Origin: Treponema sp. UBA6852
GTDB taxonomy: Bacteria > Spirochaetota > Spirochaetia > Treponematales > Treponemataceae
Strand: one strand, 5' to 3'
Assembly: GCF_002449305.1 (NCBI RefSeq)
Contig: NZ_DKDI01000034.1
Length of the DNA: 64,000 nt
Program-made: the position numbers and the translations under genes
In this document: positions 55,001 to 63,756 of the stretch, one piece after another
How positions within the stretch are numbered: the stretch's first letter is position 1
How the letters are laid out: every line of letters begins with the position of its first letter
The notes under the pieces: model-generated
What the model was told of the DNA's origin: nothing
Seen by the model: only the letters and a program-made list of their open reading frames with translations
The model's database searches: none

Positions 55001-56430
55001 CCAAGCTGAAGACTTCCGCTCGCATTTATTCTGCCAGGCTCACCATACTCAAGATGAGAATAATCGCTAGCTTCAATTGCAAGCTCAATAGACATTCCAA
55101 GCGATGAATATCCTTGAAAAGCCGTGAAGCAGCTATAATCTCCAAAATACAATTGCGGAATAAAAAAATCAAAACCTTTATTTTTTCGCGGCTCAAAAAA
55201 AATCTCAGCAGAAATTTTATTCCCATTAAAAAATGCGTAATGCTCAAGATTTAAATATCCAGAAGGTTGGAGTTTTGGAATATAAAAAGAACCTTCAAAT
55301 GTTCCTTGCACGATTCCGCCAGTTGCAGAAATTTTTTTTATGTTTATATCAGTATTGTTTCCTGAAGCTTCAACATTCAAAGTCTGCGTTCCTTTTGAAA
55401 AGCGTTTTGGCAAGGAAAAAAAAGTTTTTGACTTCCAATTATATTTTAAAGAATTTAAATCAAATAAAAATTCTGAATCGGTTGAAAAAATAGTTCCTTT
55501 AAAAAAATTTACAACGGAGTGAAGTTTATGAGTTCTAACAACTTTAAGCGGATCAAAAGAATTTGACTTCAGCTTTGCTAAGATTTTTTTTGAGCTAACA
55601 TCAAAGGAAAACATTGCGGAAAAAGGAAAAACTTCGCGCACAGAAAATATTTCAATCTTAGGACTTTTATAAGCCGCAAGAAATTCAACTTTCCTAAGAG
55701 AAACTTCGGCCTTAGAATAATTGTCAAGTTTTACAGTGCAGGAACTTCCAGAAATAGAATTTAAAATTCTTCCGTTCAATCCAAAAGTCGCGCCAAAACT
55801 TTTTTCTCCAGAATAGAATAAAAAATTTCCTTCGGATTTTAACCAAGCATCAACAGCAGTTTCGTTCTTTCCAAAATAAAAATTCTTTACTGCCAGAGAA
55901 AAAATTTTATTTTCCGCAGTAAAACTTAATTTAAAATTTTTTACCTGAACATCAAAAGGAAGAACAAAAGCAATTTTTTTAACCAAGGATTCAATTTTCT
56001 CAAAAGAAATTTCATCTGAATTATTTTTCTCTTCAGAAACAATTTTTGCAGAAGATTTTTTGCTTTTAATATTAACAGAAGCGTCTTTTAGCAAAAGTTT
56101 TTCAAACGCATTTTCAAAATCACCTTTTAAAATTTTGGACAAGCTGAAATGAATATAAATTTTATTTACAAAAATAATTTGCTGTCCGCTTTTTGAATCC
56201 AAAACCTCTATACCTTTTATGCAGATTTTTGATAAAATGGACGGAGACAAAGATTTGTATGAAATTTTCATGCCAGTATTTTTTTCAAGTTCCAGCACAA
56301 CTTTTTTCTCATAACTTCTGATTGCTCCGTCAACTTTGCTATAAACAGGTTTCATCGCAGCAACAAAAGACGCAGCTATCAAGAGAAAAATAAGAATGCC
56401 AATGCTTGTCTTTAACACTTTAGATTTCAT
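52027..56430 (-). CDS. tamB: TamB-like translocation and assembly module protein (DUF490 family)
   Basis: 1467 aa with an N-terminal TM anchor, a very long beta-rich body and a C-terminal DUF490-like segment. It lies directly upstream of bamA. Confidence 0.7.
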   Translation of the reverse strand: MKSKVLKTSIGILIFLLIAASFVAAMKPVYSKVDGAIRSYEKKVVLELEKNTGMKISYKSLSPSILSKICIKGIEVLDSKSGQQIIFVNKIYIHFSLSKILKGDFENAFEKLLLKDASVNIKSKKSSAKIVSEEKNNSDEISFEKIESLVKKIAFVLPFDVQVKNFKLSFTAENKIFSLAVKNFYFGKNETAVDAWLKSEGNFLFYSGEKSFGATFGLNGRILNSISGSSCTVKLDNYSKAEVSLRKVEFLAAYKSPKIEIFSVREVFPFSAMFSFDVSSKKILAKLKSNSFDPLKVVRTHKLHSVVNFFKGTIFSTDSEFLFDLNSLKYNWKSKTFFSLPKRFSKGTQTLNVEASGNNTDINIKKISATGGIVQGTFEGSFYIPKLQPSGYLNLEHYAFFNGNKISAEIFFEPRKNKGFDFFIPQLYFGDYSCFTAFQGYSSLGMSIELAIEASDYSHLEYGEPGRINASGSLQLGKNMYLQASAELKNFFVETGVKTGAFFTEKNGKNVLDNVVKISEPYISNIEAYFATDFKDYNYNSPLAIFANTKKDKEVLLLSVDGTGGKTGTSVQVSKADLIYGKNSLSVSGGLDVEFPKHQMTFSSDFSFNSIPYAFNGLFVFGDWLNISGDYGLDVAVDFKNFIDGSLRFKDLPVSVNDFTVAFSLDSNFSVLSKDDWNFFIENFSASELSGRFRLKPEIAIKGEVNEKSFLASSVIYKDSFAQLEGEGYAFWNINEKTFDSSTLSVHLKDPKSSEKISFQAELTNPMKESFSMDNLKRDFYFSAGAKVDSFPFSRFLLRQNESNVLNAELSASGTFENPYLSAKLIDSSVLLGGSNLTVSAEASLIENIFTISGADVSWKNFQIDSVSSNVDFETFSGTASLKAKAHLGEKKIESGIELALSNLSENPEGFFPEAYSVETTFASVESELITDFVPFKFSVIRSPGRFDVVTDENLGAFGEILDDGKINFSVGKDKPFHFDLNGSVKKQIVDLDFENIFWDVSRCARIFNTKLFSIYSAIVEGNLNLSGVITDPDMDGRFVVSDVDFNLPQFVPEHFTTDEMNVDFSQEEISIPETNFKIKDGILATNAVVSLDRWSLGTLELNLATLEDEDIPIDSKVSYFRIKGYTSVDASLVMEDRSVSLNGSVGLRNAELSVSMNASDFTQKKKPAASNDIDFSINLDLMIGKKVQIAINPLVRSLVAPSTPISVNADTATGLWGIKGDIVLRGGEVSYLSRNFYLKQGQLILDETQNKFDPVITVRAETREHDTNGDPVTITLSAVSQNISRFNAVLSSSPAKSENEIMEILGQIASGDASSVGNFLVAAGDYGVQVTLLRKIESALRDLSNFDIFSVRTTILQNSIMQGLNMNRASDNNSIIGNLFDNSTVYIGKYFGDDIYADALLHWTYDKTKVDSGGTSGSGLVFQPEIGLEFEAPFANIRWNFAPDLGELQQSWTQATSITLSWRVSF

Positions 56431-56506
56431 AAAAAATCTCTTTTCTATTTTAACAGAAAAAATTATTTGAGGAAATGCCCGAATTTAGGCAACGGAGCTG
56501 TTTAAT

Positions 56507-57151
56507 ATGGTCTTAGAAAATTTTATTGTATTCGAGGGAATTGACGGAGCAGGAACAACTACTCAGCTTGAAATTTTAAAATCAAAATCTCCAGAATTTT
56601 TATTTACAGCAGAGCCAACATCATCAGAAACTGGAAAATTTCTTCGCAAAATGCTAAAAGGCGAAATTCAGGTTACAAACGAAACTGCCGCATATATTTT
56701 TGCAGCAGACAGAAACGAGCACATAAATGGAAACCTTATAATAGAAGAAAACAAACTAATCACAGGAATAAAATCAGCCTGTGAAAAAGGAAAAATCGTT
56801 GTGAGCGACCGTTATCTATTTTCAAGCCTTGCATATCAAAGTATAGATTGCTCTCCAAAAATTCCACGGACACTTAATAAATTTTTTCCATTGCCGCGGC
56901 TTCTATTCTTTTTTGACATCGAGCCTGAACTTTCACTAAAAAGAATTTCATCAAGAGGGCAAAAAGAAATTTATGAAAAAATAGATTTCTTAAAAAAGAC
57001 AAAAGAAGAGTATGAAAAAGTTCTTGCGGAATACAACGGAACAAAAATCGGAAAAGGAATGAAAATAGTCCGCATAGACGCAACACTTGACAAGGAAAAA
57101 ATCAGCCAGAAAATTGAAAAAGAAATAAATTCAATTTGCAAAATATTCTAA
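56507..57151 (+). CDS. tmk: thymidylate kinase-like protein with an atypical P-loop
   Basis: FIVFEGIDGAGTTTQ (Thr where the Walker A Lys is expected), with the DRY motif (VVSDRYLFSS) present. 214 aa. Confidence 0.65.
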   Translation: MVLENFIVFEGIDGAGTTTQLEILKSKSPEFLFTAEPTSSETGKFLRKMLKGEIQVTNETAAYIFAADRNEHINGNLIIEENKLITGIKSACEKGKIVVSDRYLFSSLAYQSIDCSPKIPRTLNKFFPLPRLLFFFDIEPELSLKRISSRGQKEIYEKIDFLKKTKEEYEKVLAEYNGTKIGKGMKIVRIDATLDKEKISQKIEKEINSICKIF

Positions 57152-57813
57152 AAACAACAGGCATTTTTTCCGATATTCAAAAGGTGAAAAAGTCTTTTTT
57201 TAAAGCAACCAAGATTTTATTTTTGTTTCTCATCGCGCTTCTTTTTTCAGCAGAGAAAACCAGCGCTTATATGGTTAAATACAAAGAAGATTTTTACAAG
57301 CTTTACCACGTTCATTATCAGCAGCAACCAGATGACTGCATAGAAAATATTTACTGGCTAGAAAAAGCAGTTAAAGCAGATTTTTGTAATCCGCTTTATG
57401 CATACACAAAAATTGAAAATGAACTTCAATGGGAAAAATATCGTTATCTTTTTCAAATGCACTTAAATTTAAAATTAATAGAACAGCACTTGCGGCTTGG
57501 ACGAATTTACGATAAAAACGTCGCATATTTTTACGATGCTCCTTGGAAAGATGAATATTTGCGCAATCTTGAAAAAGCAAAAACTTGCTATGAAACAGGA
57601 TACATTTACTGGCAGGAAGCATCTCTTTGGGCTGAAAAAGCAAACGTTGGAAAATTCAAATTTTTATTCTTGACAGGATTGCAAAATTGGGAAGATGAAA
57701 GGGAACGAATAAATTCAGGATCTTTGGATTATAAAAAAACTTTGGATCGAGAGCTAAAAAGACTTAACAAAGTTATAGATAATTTAAAATCAATGGAAAA
57801 GAAAAGCTACTAG
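57136..57813 (+). CDS. hypothetical secreted helical protein
   Basis: Hydrophobic signal-like segment ILFLFLIALLFSAEKTSA. The start codon is uncertain (the listed start is TTG and overlaps the tmk end). Confidence 0.4.
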   Translation: MQNILKTTGIFSDIQKVKKSFFKATKILFLFLIALLFSAEKTSAYMVKYKEDFYKLYHVHYQQQPDDCIENIYWLEKAVKADFCNPLYAYTKIENELQWEKYRYLFQMHLNLKLIEQHLRLGRIYDKNVAYFYDAPWKDEYLRNLEKAKTCYETGYIYWQEASLWAEKANVGKFKFLFLTGLQNWEDERERINSGSLDYKKTLDRELKRLNKVIDNLKSMEKKSY

Positions 57814-57865
57814 CTTTTTTAAATACCAATTCACTATCCATTTTAAATCTGATATACTCTTGCAA

Positions 57866-59314
57866 ATGTCTTTAAACTGCAATGAAATAAATTTAATACT
57901 GAGTGAACTCAACATTGAAGGTTCTTTTATACAAGAAATAATCCAACCGGGATACGACACAGTTTCATTTAAAATTGTCGGAAAAACAGAGCCTTGCAAT
58001 ATTGTAATTTGCACATCGCCACAATCATGCAGAATAAACAAAACAAATTCAAAGCCTCCAAAAAATGAAAAGCCTTTAAGATTCAATGAGTTTTTAAAAT
58101 CACGTGTTCAAGGAATGAGAGTCAATTCATGCAAACAGCTAGGACTTGACAGAATTGTAAAATTCGATGTTTCAACCTGGAAAGACAGGCTTTTTATTTA
58201 TGCCAGGCTTTGGTCAAACGCGGCAAACATTATCGTAACAGATGAAAATGGAAAAATCCTTGACTGCTTGTACCGCCGACCAGCAAAAGGCGAAGTCACT
58301 GGCGGAGTTTTTGTTCCGCAAGAAAAAATTCCAACTGAAGAAGAAAAAGAACTTTCACTTCAAAAATTTTCTATAAGAACATTTAATGATAACGATTTTT
58401 TCAAAGGCAAAGAAAATCTTTCGTTCAATGAAAAAATCAATCTATATTACACAGAATGCGCTGGAAAACTTTCAAGAGAAAATCTCCTTATTCAAGCTGA
58501 AAAATGGTACAATGTAAAAAGAAGCAAAATGGAAAATGCGCTTCAGCATCTTATAGAAAAAAAAACAGAATTTGAAAATGCAGAAAAACTAAAACACATA
58601 GGAGACTTAATTCTTTCGTTCGCAAGTCAAATAAAAGGCTCTTACTTGGATTGCACGGACTACAACACAGGCGAACAAATTCACATCAGGCTGAACGAAA
58701 AACTAAGTCCACAGGAAAATGCCGCGTCTTACTATGAGCAATATAAAAAAGCCGTATCTGGAACAGAGTCTCTTGAGAATGACATTGAACTTTCAAAAAA
58801 AACAATTGCTTCGCTAGACGAAGAATACAACCGGATAATTTCAGAAAAAAACACTTTAAAAATCGAGCAGCTTCTTAGACATGACACAAAGCCAAAACAG
58901 CAGATTCAAAAAAAACATCCAGGACTTCACTATGAAATTGACGGTTGGACAATAATCGTTGGAAGAAATTCTTCTGAGAATGACGATCTTTTAAGACACA
59001 CTGTAAAAGGCCAAGATATGTGGCTGCATACAAGAGATTATGCCGGCGGATATGTTTTTATAAAAGCACAGAAAAATAAAACCATTCCACTTGAAATTCT
59101 TCTTTACGCAGGAAACCTTGCAGTCTACCATTCAAAAGCAAGAAAAAACAAACAGGCAGACTTATACTATACCCAAGTAAAATTTTTACGTCGTGCAAAA
59201 AACGGGCAAAAAGGGCTTGTACTTCCAACTCAGGAAAAAAACTTGTTTATAAAAATCGATGATGAAAAATTAAAACGTCTTGATGAAATTGAAAAGGCAA
59301 GCGCAATTCTATAG
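57866..59314 (+). CDS. NFACT-family (RqcH / FbpA-like) ribosome quality-control protein
   Basis: NFACT-N-like N-terminus (MSLNCNEINLILSEL), coiled coil, and NFACT-R/DUF814 motif GRNSSENDDL...DMWLHTRDYAGGYVFIK. I prefer the ATG at 57866 over the TTG at 57860. Confidence 0.7.
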   Translation: MSLNCNEINLILSELNIEGSFIQEIIQPGYDTVSFKIVGKTEPCNIVICTSPQSCRINKTNSKPPKNEKPLRFNEFLKSRVQGMRVNSCKQLGLDRIVKFDVSTWKDRLFIYARLWSNAANIIVTDENGKILDCLYRRPAKGEVTGGVFVPQEKIPTEEEKELSLQKFSIRTFNDNDFFKGKENLSFNEKINLYYTECAGKLSRENLLIQAEKWYNVKRSKMENALQHLIEKKTEFENAEKLKHIGDLILSFASQIKGSYLDCTDYNTGEQIHIRLNEKLSPQENAASYYEQYKKAVSGTESLENDIELSKKTIASLDEEYNRIISEKNTLKIEQLLRHDTKPKQQIQKKHPGLHYEIDGWTIIVGRNSSENDDLLRHTVKGQDMWLHTRDYAGGYVFIKAQKNKTIPLEILLYAGNLAVYHSKARKNKQADLYYTQVKFLRRAKNGQKGLVLPTQEKNLFIKIDDEKLKRLDEIEKASAIL

Positions 59315-59317
59315 AAT
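59289..59317 (+). promoter_or_regulatory. sigma70-like promoter (TTGAAA-17 nt-TAGAAT) for metF-metH
   Basis: -35 at 59289-59294 and -10 at 59312-59317, overlapping the end of the upstream CDS. A Shine-Dalgarno GAGGA lies before the ATG at 59336. Confidence 0.55.
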
Positions 59318-59335
59318 AGAAAACCGAGGAAACAA

Positions 59336-60208
59336 ATGACAATATCTAAAATTCTTGAACAAAAAAAGACGCTTCTATCATTTGAAGTTTTTCCACCAAA
59401 ACAACAAGCTAATTTTGAAAACACAGTCAATGCGGCAAAAGAACTTTGCAACCTAAATCCTGATTTTATAAGCGTAACTTATGGAGCTGGAGGAACAACA
59501 AGAGAAAACACAGTTGAAATAGCCTCTAAGATTTTATCATTTGGAACACCAGTTCTTGCGCACCTTACTTGCGTTGGAAATACAATTGACGAAGCTAAAA
59601 ACATAATTTCTCAAATGAAGAAAAACAAAATTGAAAATGTTCTTGCGTTGCGCGGAGATATTCCGCAAGGAATTTCAAATCCACTAAGCAAGGAACTTGA
59701 GCATGCAAATGTTCTTGCAAAGATTTTAAAGGACGAAGGCTTTTGTGTTGGAGGAGCCTGCTACCCAGAAGGACACCCAGAAAGCCATAACAGGCAAGAA
59801 GATATAGACAACTTAAAATACAAAATAGATGCTGGCGTTGACTTTCTTACAACACAAATGTTTTTTGACAACAATATGCTCTACAGCTATCTTTACCAAA
59901 TCCAGTCAAAAGGAATTCATGTCCCGGTTTTTGCAGGAATTATGCCGATTACAAACAGCAATCAAGTTTCAAAAATGGTAAAACTTTCATCCGCATATAT
60001 TCCAGCAAAACTCCTTTCAATTTGCGACCGCTTTTCTGAAAATCCAGAGGCAATGCGCCAGGCCGGAATTGCCTATGCAACAGACCAGATTATAGACCTT
60101 ATTTCAAACGGAGTAAGGGGCATTCATATTTACACAATGAACAAGCCTTCTGTTGCTCAAGAAATTTACAAAAACGTTGATAAAATTATTTCCGCAACAA
60201 ACAGCTAA
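59336..60208 (+). CDS. metF: 5,10-methylenetetrahydrofolate reductase
   Basis: SFEVFPPK, ISVTYGAGG, ALRGD and FLTTQMFFD motifs. Confidence 0.9.
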   Translation: MTISKILEQKKTLLSFEVFPPKQQANFENTVNAAKELCNLNPDFISVTYGAGGTTRENTVEIASKILSFGTPVLAHLTCVGNTIDEAKNIISQMKKNKIENVLALRGDIPQGISNPLSKELEHANVLAKILKDEGFCVGGACYPEGHPESHNRQEDIDNLKYKIDAGVDFLTTQMFFDNNMLYSYLYQIQSKGIHVPVFAGIMPITNSNQVSKMVKLSSAYIPAKLLSICDRFSENPEAMRQAGIAYATDQIIDLISNGVRGIHIYTMNKPSVAQEIYKNVDKIISATNS

Positions 60209-60223
60209 CAAAAGGAGTTTGTC

Positions 60224-62797
60224 TTGAGCGAATTTAAAAATTTCCTATTTAATAAAATGCAAAAACGTGAACCCATTTTCTTTGACGGCGGAATGGGAAC
60301 AATGATTCAAAAAATTCCAGGTCTTTCCTACTCTATTCCGGAAGACTTGAATTTTTATAATCCAGAAGCAATAAAAGAAATTCACAAAAAATATATAATG
60401 GCCGGAAGCAACATTTGCACAACAAACACATTCGGAGCAAATCCTATCAAGCTTGAGAATGCATCTCATTCAGCACAAGAATTTATTGAAAAAGGAATTG
60501 CTCTCGTAAAAGAAGCAATCGCTGAATGCAAAAAGCAAAATGAAAACACAATCTGCTTTACCGCATGGGATTCAGGACAGATTGGAAAACTACTTGAGCC
60601 AAACGGACCTCTTACATTTGATGAAGCATACAATTCATATAAGGCTGCTGCAATTGCCGCAGAAAAATCAGGCGCAGACCTTGCAATAATCGAAACGATG
60701 AGCGACCTTTATGAAGTAAAAGCCGCAGTCCTTGCAATCAAAGAAAACACAAAGCTTCCAGTTATAACAACAATGACGTTCCAGTCTAACTTCAGAACCT
60801 TAACAGGAGCAGACGTTCTTACGTGCGTAACTTATCTTGAATCTTTGCACGTTGATGTTCTTGGTTTTAATTGCGGAGGAAGCCTTGAAGAAGACATTGA
60901 GATTGCAAATCAATTCTGCAAATATTCGCACATTCCAGTTCTTTCTCAGCCAAACGCAGGACTTCCAGAAGTCATAAATGGAAAAGATGTGTTCAAAGTA
61001 ACTCCAGAAGAATTTTCAAACGCGCAAGAAAAAATTCTTGACTCTGGAGTTTCAATTTTTGGAGGCTGCTGCGGAACAACCCCAGACCATATAAAAACAA
61101 TGGCAGAAAAACTTTCAGAAAAAAAACTGAAGGCAAGCAAAGAAAAATTCCAGTCATTTATCTGTTCTTACAACAAAACCGTTCAAGCTGGTGGAACAGT
61201 AGGTCCTGTAATTATCGGTGAGCGCATAAATCCAACTGGAAAAAAGAAATGCAAGGAAGCGCTTCAAAATAACGATATGCAGTTTATAATTGATGAAGCA
61301 GACAGCCAGATAAATTCAGGTGCGCACATTCTTGATGTAAACGTTGGACTTCCTGGCATAAACGAAAAAGAAATGATGCTTCAAGCTGTAAAGTCAGTTC
61401 AAAAAGTTTTCAATACGCCGCTGCAAATTGATTCAAGCGAAAGTGATGTTCTGGAATACGCATTGCGATATTACAACGGAAAAGCTCTTGTAAACAGCGT
61501 CAACGGCAAGCAAGAAGTCATGGACAAAGTTTTTCCTCTAATAAAACATTACGGCGGAGCTGTTGTCGCACTTTGCATAGACGAGGACGGAATTTCCCCG
61601 ACTGCGGAAGGAAGAGTAAAAGTCGCTGAAAAAATAATTCATGAAGCCGCTAAATACGAAATCCCCATAAGAGATATTTTTATTGACACACTCACACTGA
61701 CTGTAAGCTCAGAACAGAAGGCATCACTTGAAACTGTAAAAGCAATCAGAATCTTAAAAGCGAAATTCGGAAAAGAAGGAATCCAGTTTGTGCTTGGAGT
61801 TTCTAATATTTCATTTGGACTTCCAAGAAGAGATATTATTAATTCAAGATTTTTTATGCTTGCACTTGAAGCAGGACTTAGCGCAGCAATTATAAATCCT
61901 GCAAGCACTCCTATGATGGACACATATAGAGCTTACAGAGCACTTGGCTGCTTTGATGAAAACTGCCTTGACTACATTCAGACTTACACAGGAACTATTG
62001 ATTCTACAACTGAAAAATTCCGGCAGAAAATTATCTTGGATGCAGTTAATGACGGAACAATTTCCATTCAGATAAACGGAACGCCAATCGCATCTCCCCA
62101 AAAAGAAGGAGAAAAAAAAAACACTTTAACTGAAACTAGCAATACAGAAAAAAACACGGAAGAAAAAGAGCTTATTCAGATAATTGAAAAAGGTTTCAAG
62201 GATAAGGCGGCAGATGCAACTGCAAGGCTTCTTGAAAAAAATGCCCCTGTAAAAATAATCGATAACTGCATAGTTCCAGCTCTTGACAACGTAGGAAAAG
62301 ACTTTGAAATTGGAAAAAAATTTCTTCCGCAGCTTTTGCTTAGTGCAGAAACTGTGGGCAATTCATTTCTTAAAATAAAAGAAACGCTTGCAGCTTCAGG
62401 AAAAGAACAAGAAGAAAAAGGAACTATAGCAATTGCAACTGTCTTTGGAGATATTCATGATATTGGAAAAAACATTGTCAAGGCAATGCTTGAAAATTAT
62501 GGATACAAAGTAATCGACCTAGGAAAAAATGTTCCGGCAGAAACAGTTGTAAAAACAGTTATAGAAAACAAAATCCGGCTTGTAGGTTTAAGTGCGCTAA
62601 TGACTACAACGGTCGCTAATATGGAAGAAACAATAAACCAGCTTCATAAAGCGTTAAAAGAAAATAATTTGGAATGCAAAATTGTAGTAGGCGGCGCAGT
62701 TTTAACACCAGACTATGCAAAAAAAATCGGAGCTGACTTCTATGCAAAGGACGCAATGGAAACTGTATCAGCTGCAAAGGAAGTTTTTGGAAAATGA
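60224..62797 (+). CDS. metH: cobalamin-dependent methionine synthase, short form lacking the C-terminal reactivation domain
   Basis: Hcy-binding domain (GGCCGTTP), pterin-binding domain, and B12 cap plus Rossmann domain with GDIHDIGKN (DxHxxG). 857 aa, against roughly 1230 aa for full-length MetH. TTG start 7 nt after AAAGGAG. Confidence 0.88.
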   Translation: MSEFKNFLFNKMQKREPIFFDGGMGTMIQKIPGLSYSIPEDLNFYNPEAIKEIHKKYIMAGSNICTTNTFGANPIKLENASHSAQEFIEKGIALVKEAIAECKKQNENTICFTAWDSGQIGKLLEPNGPLTFDEAYNSYKAAAIAAEKSGADLAIIETMSDLYEVKAAVLAIKENTKLPVITTMTFQSNFRTLTGADVLTCVTYLESLHVDVLGFNCGGSLEEDIEIANQFCKYSHIPVLSQPNAGLPEVINGKDVFKVTPEEFSNAQEKILDSGVSIFGGCCGTTPDHIKTMAEKLSEKKLKASKEKFQSFICSYNKTVQAGGTVGPVIIGERINPTGKKKCKEALQNNDMQFIIDEADSQINSGAHILDVNVGLPGINEKEMMLQAVKSVQKVFNTPLQIDSSESDVLEYALRYYNGKALVNSVNGKQEVMDKVFPLIKHYGGAVVALCIDEDGISPTAEGRVKVAEKIIHEAAKYEIPIRDIFIDTLTLTVSSEQKASLETVKAIRILKAKFGKEGIQFVLGVSNISFGLPRRDIINSRFFMLALEAGLSAAIINPASTPMMDTYRAYRALGCFDENCLDYIQTYTGTIDSTTEKFRQKIILDAVNDGTISIQINGTPIASPQKEGEKKNTLTETSNTEKNTEEKELIQIIEKGFKDKAADATARLLEKNAPVKIIDNCIVPALDNVGKDFEIGKKFLPQLLLSAETVGNSFLKIKETLAASGKEQEEKGTIAIATVFGDIHDIGKNIVKAMLENYGYKVIDLGKNVPAETVVKTVIENKIRLVGLSALMTTTVANMEETINQLHKALKENNLECKIVVGGAVLTPDYAKKIGADFYAKDAMETVSAAKEVFGK

Positions 62798-63732
62798 AAA
62801 AGAAAAATCTAAAATACAAATTCAAAATTAAAAACGCTAAAAAGCCAGAGCAAAAGAAAATCAAAAAGACACTAGGAAGAACTTTAAAAAGTTTTAACGT
62901 TCTGTATGCTTATGCGATGTTCACTTTTCACTGGACAGGTCTTAAGTATTTTGCAGTTTTTATTTTAAACGTAATACAAAAATTCTTTATAGTTCAGTAT
63001 CTTGAAAAATTCCATATAATACACATTCCAGTAAAAAGAGTAGACCATAAACTGGATTCAAAAATTCCATTCAAACCAGAATTCGCACAATGCTACCTTG
63101 ACTTTGTAAATTACTGGATTCGTCCTATGTGCATGACAATGAAACGCTACGGAAGTTTTGAAGGAATCAAGCTCAGCGCAGAATATGTCCAGTACATGAT
63201 TATGATTTACAAGGAAGCGTATAAAATTTATTCACACTGCCTCACAACGACAGTGCGCCCAAAGCCAACAACAAAAGCATCCAAAGGCATTCAGTTTTGG
63301 GATCCGCATTATCTTTGCGTGCCAAGCCTGCATATTGCAATAGTCGTTCTTACAATCGGATTTTATAAAATGCTTTTTGAGCGTGAAGAATTTACAGAAC
63401 CAGAAAAAGAACAGTGGAACAGTGAGCTTTACACTCACGGAATAGAAATTGCTGAATCAGTCTTATACATGAAGCAGCATAGCGTAAACTGTATTTCAGC
63501 AGCAATATATATGGTAACAAAAACTGCGCCAGAACTTTTAACAGAAGAAATGTCTATTGATTTTATTGATTCGATGTTCAAAAATTCTATTTATATTGAA
63601 AAATCCGATTCAAAAGAAATCACAAGTTACATAAAGGAAATGTACAAAAATTTAATAGAGAAAAGCCAGCATTCCAATGAATGGACAGTTCCGCTTAAAG
63701 AGTGGCTGAAAAATTATCAAAGTCAAACATAA
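62794..63732 (+). CDS. hypothetical protein (Lys-rich N-terminus, hydrophobic segments), translationally coupled to metH
   Basis: ATGA overlap with the metH stop. I could not assign a family. Coding status is supported by the 312-aa length in AT-rich DNA. Confidence 0.45.
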   Translation: MKKKNLKYKFKIKNAKKPEQKKIKKTLGRTLKSFNVLYAYAMFTFHWTGLKYFAVFILNVIQKFFIVQYLEKFHIIHIPVKRVDHKLDSKIPFKPEFAQCYLDFVNYWIRPMCMTMKRYGSFEGIKLSAEYVQYMIMIYKEAYKIYSHCLTTTVRPKPTTKASKGIQFWDPHYLCVPSLHIAIVVLTIGFYKMLFEREEFTEPEKEQWNSELYTHGIEIAESVLYMKQHSVNCISAAIYMVTKTAPELLTEEMSIDFIDSMFKNSIYIEKSDSKEITSYIKEMYKNLIEKSQHSNEWTVPLKEWLKNYQSQT

Positions 63733-63756
63733 AATCAAAATGTAAAAATTAATAAG

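Noticed and set aside
59318-59335. Looked for a SAM, B12 or T-box leader upstream of metF-metH
   Set aside because: The predicted promoter leaves only about a 15-20 nt leader before the ATG, which is too short for any riboswitch.
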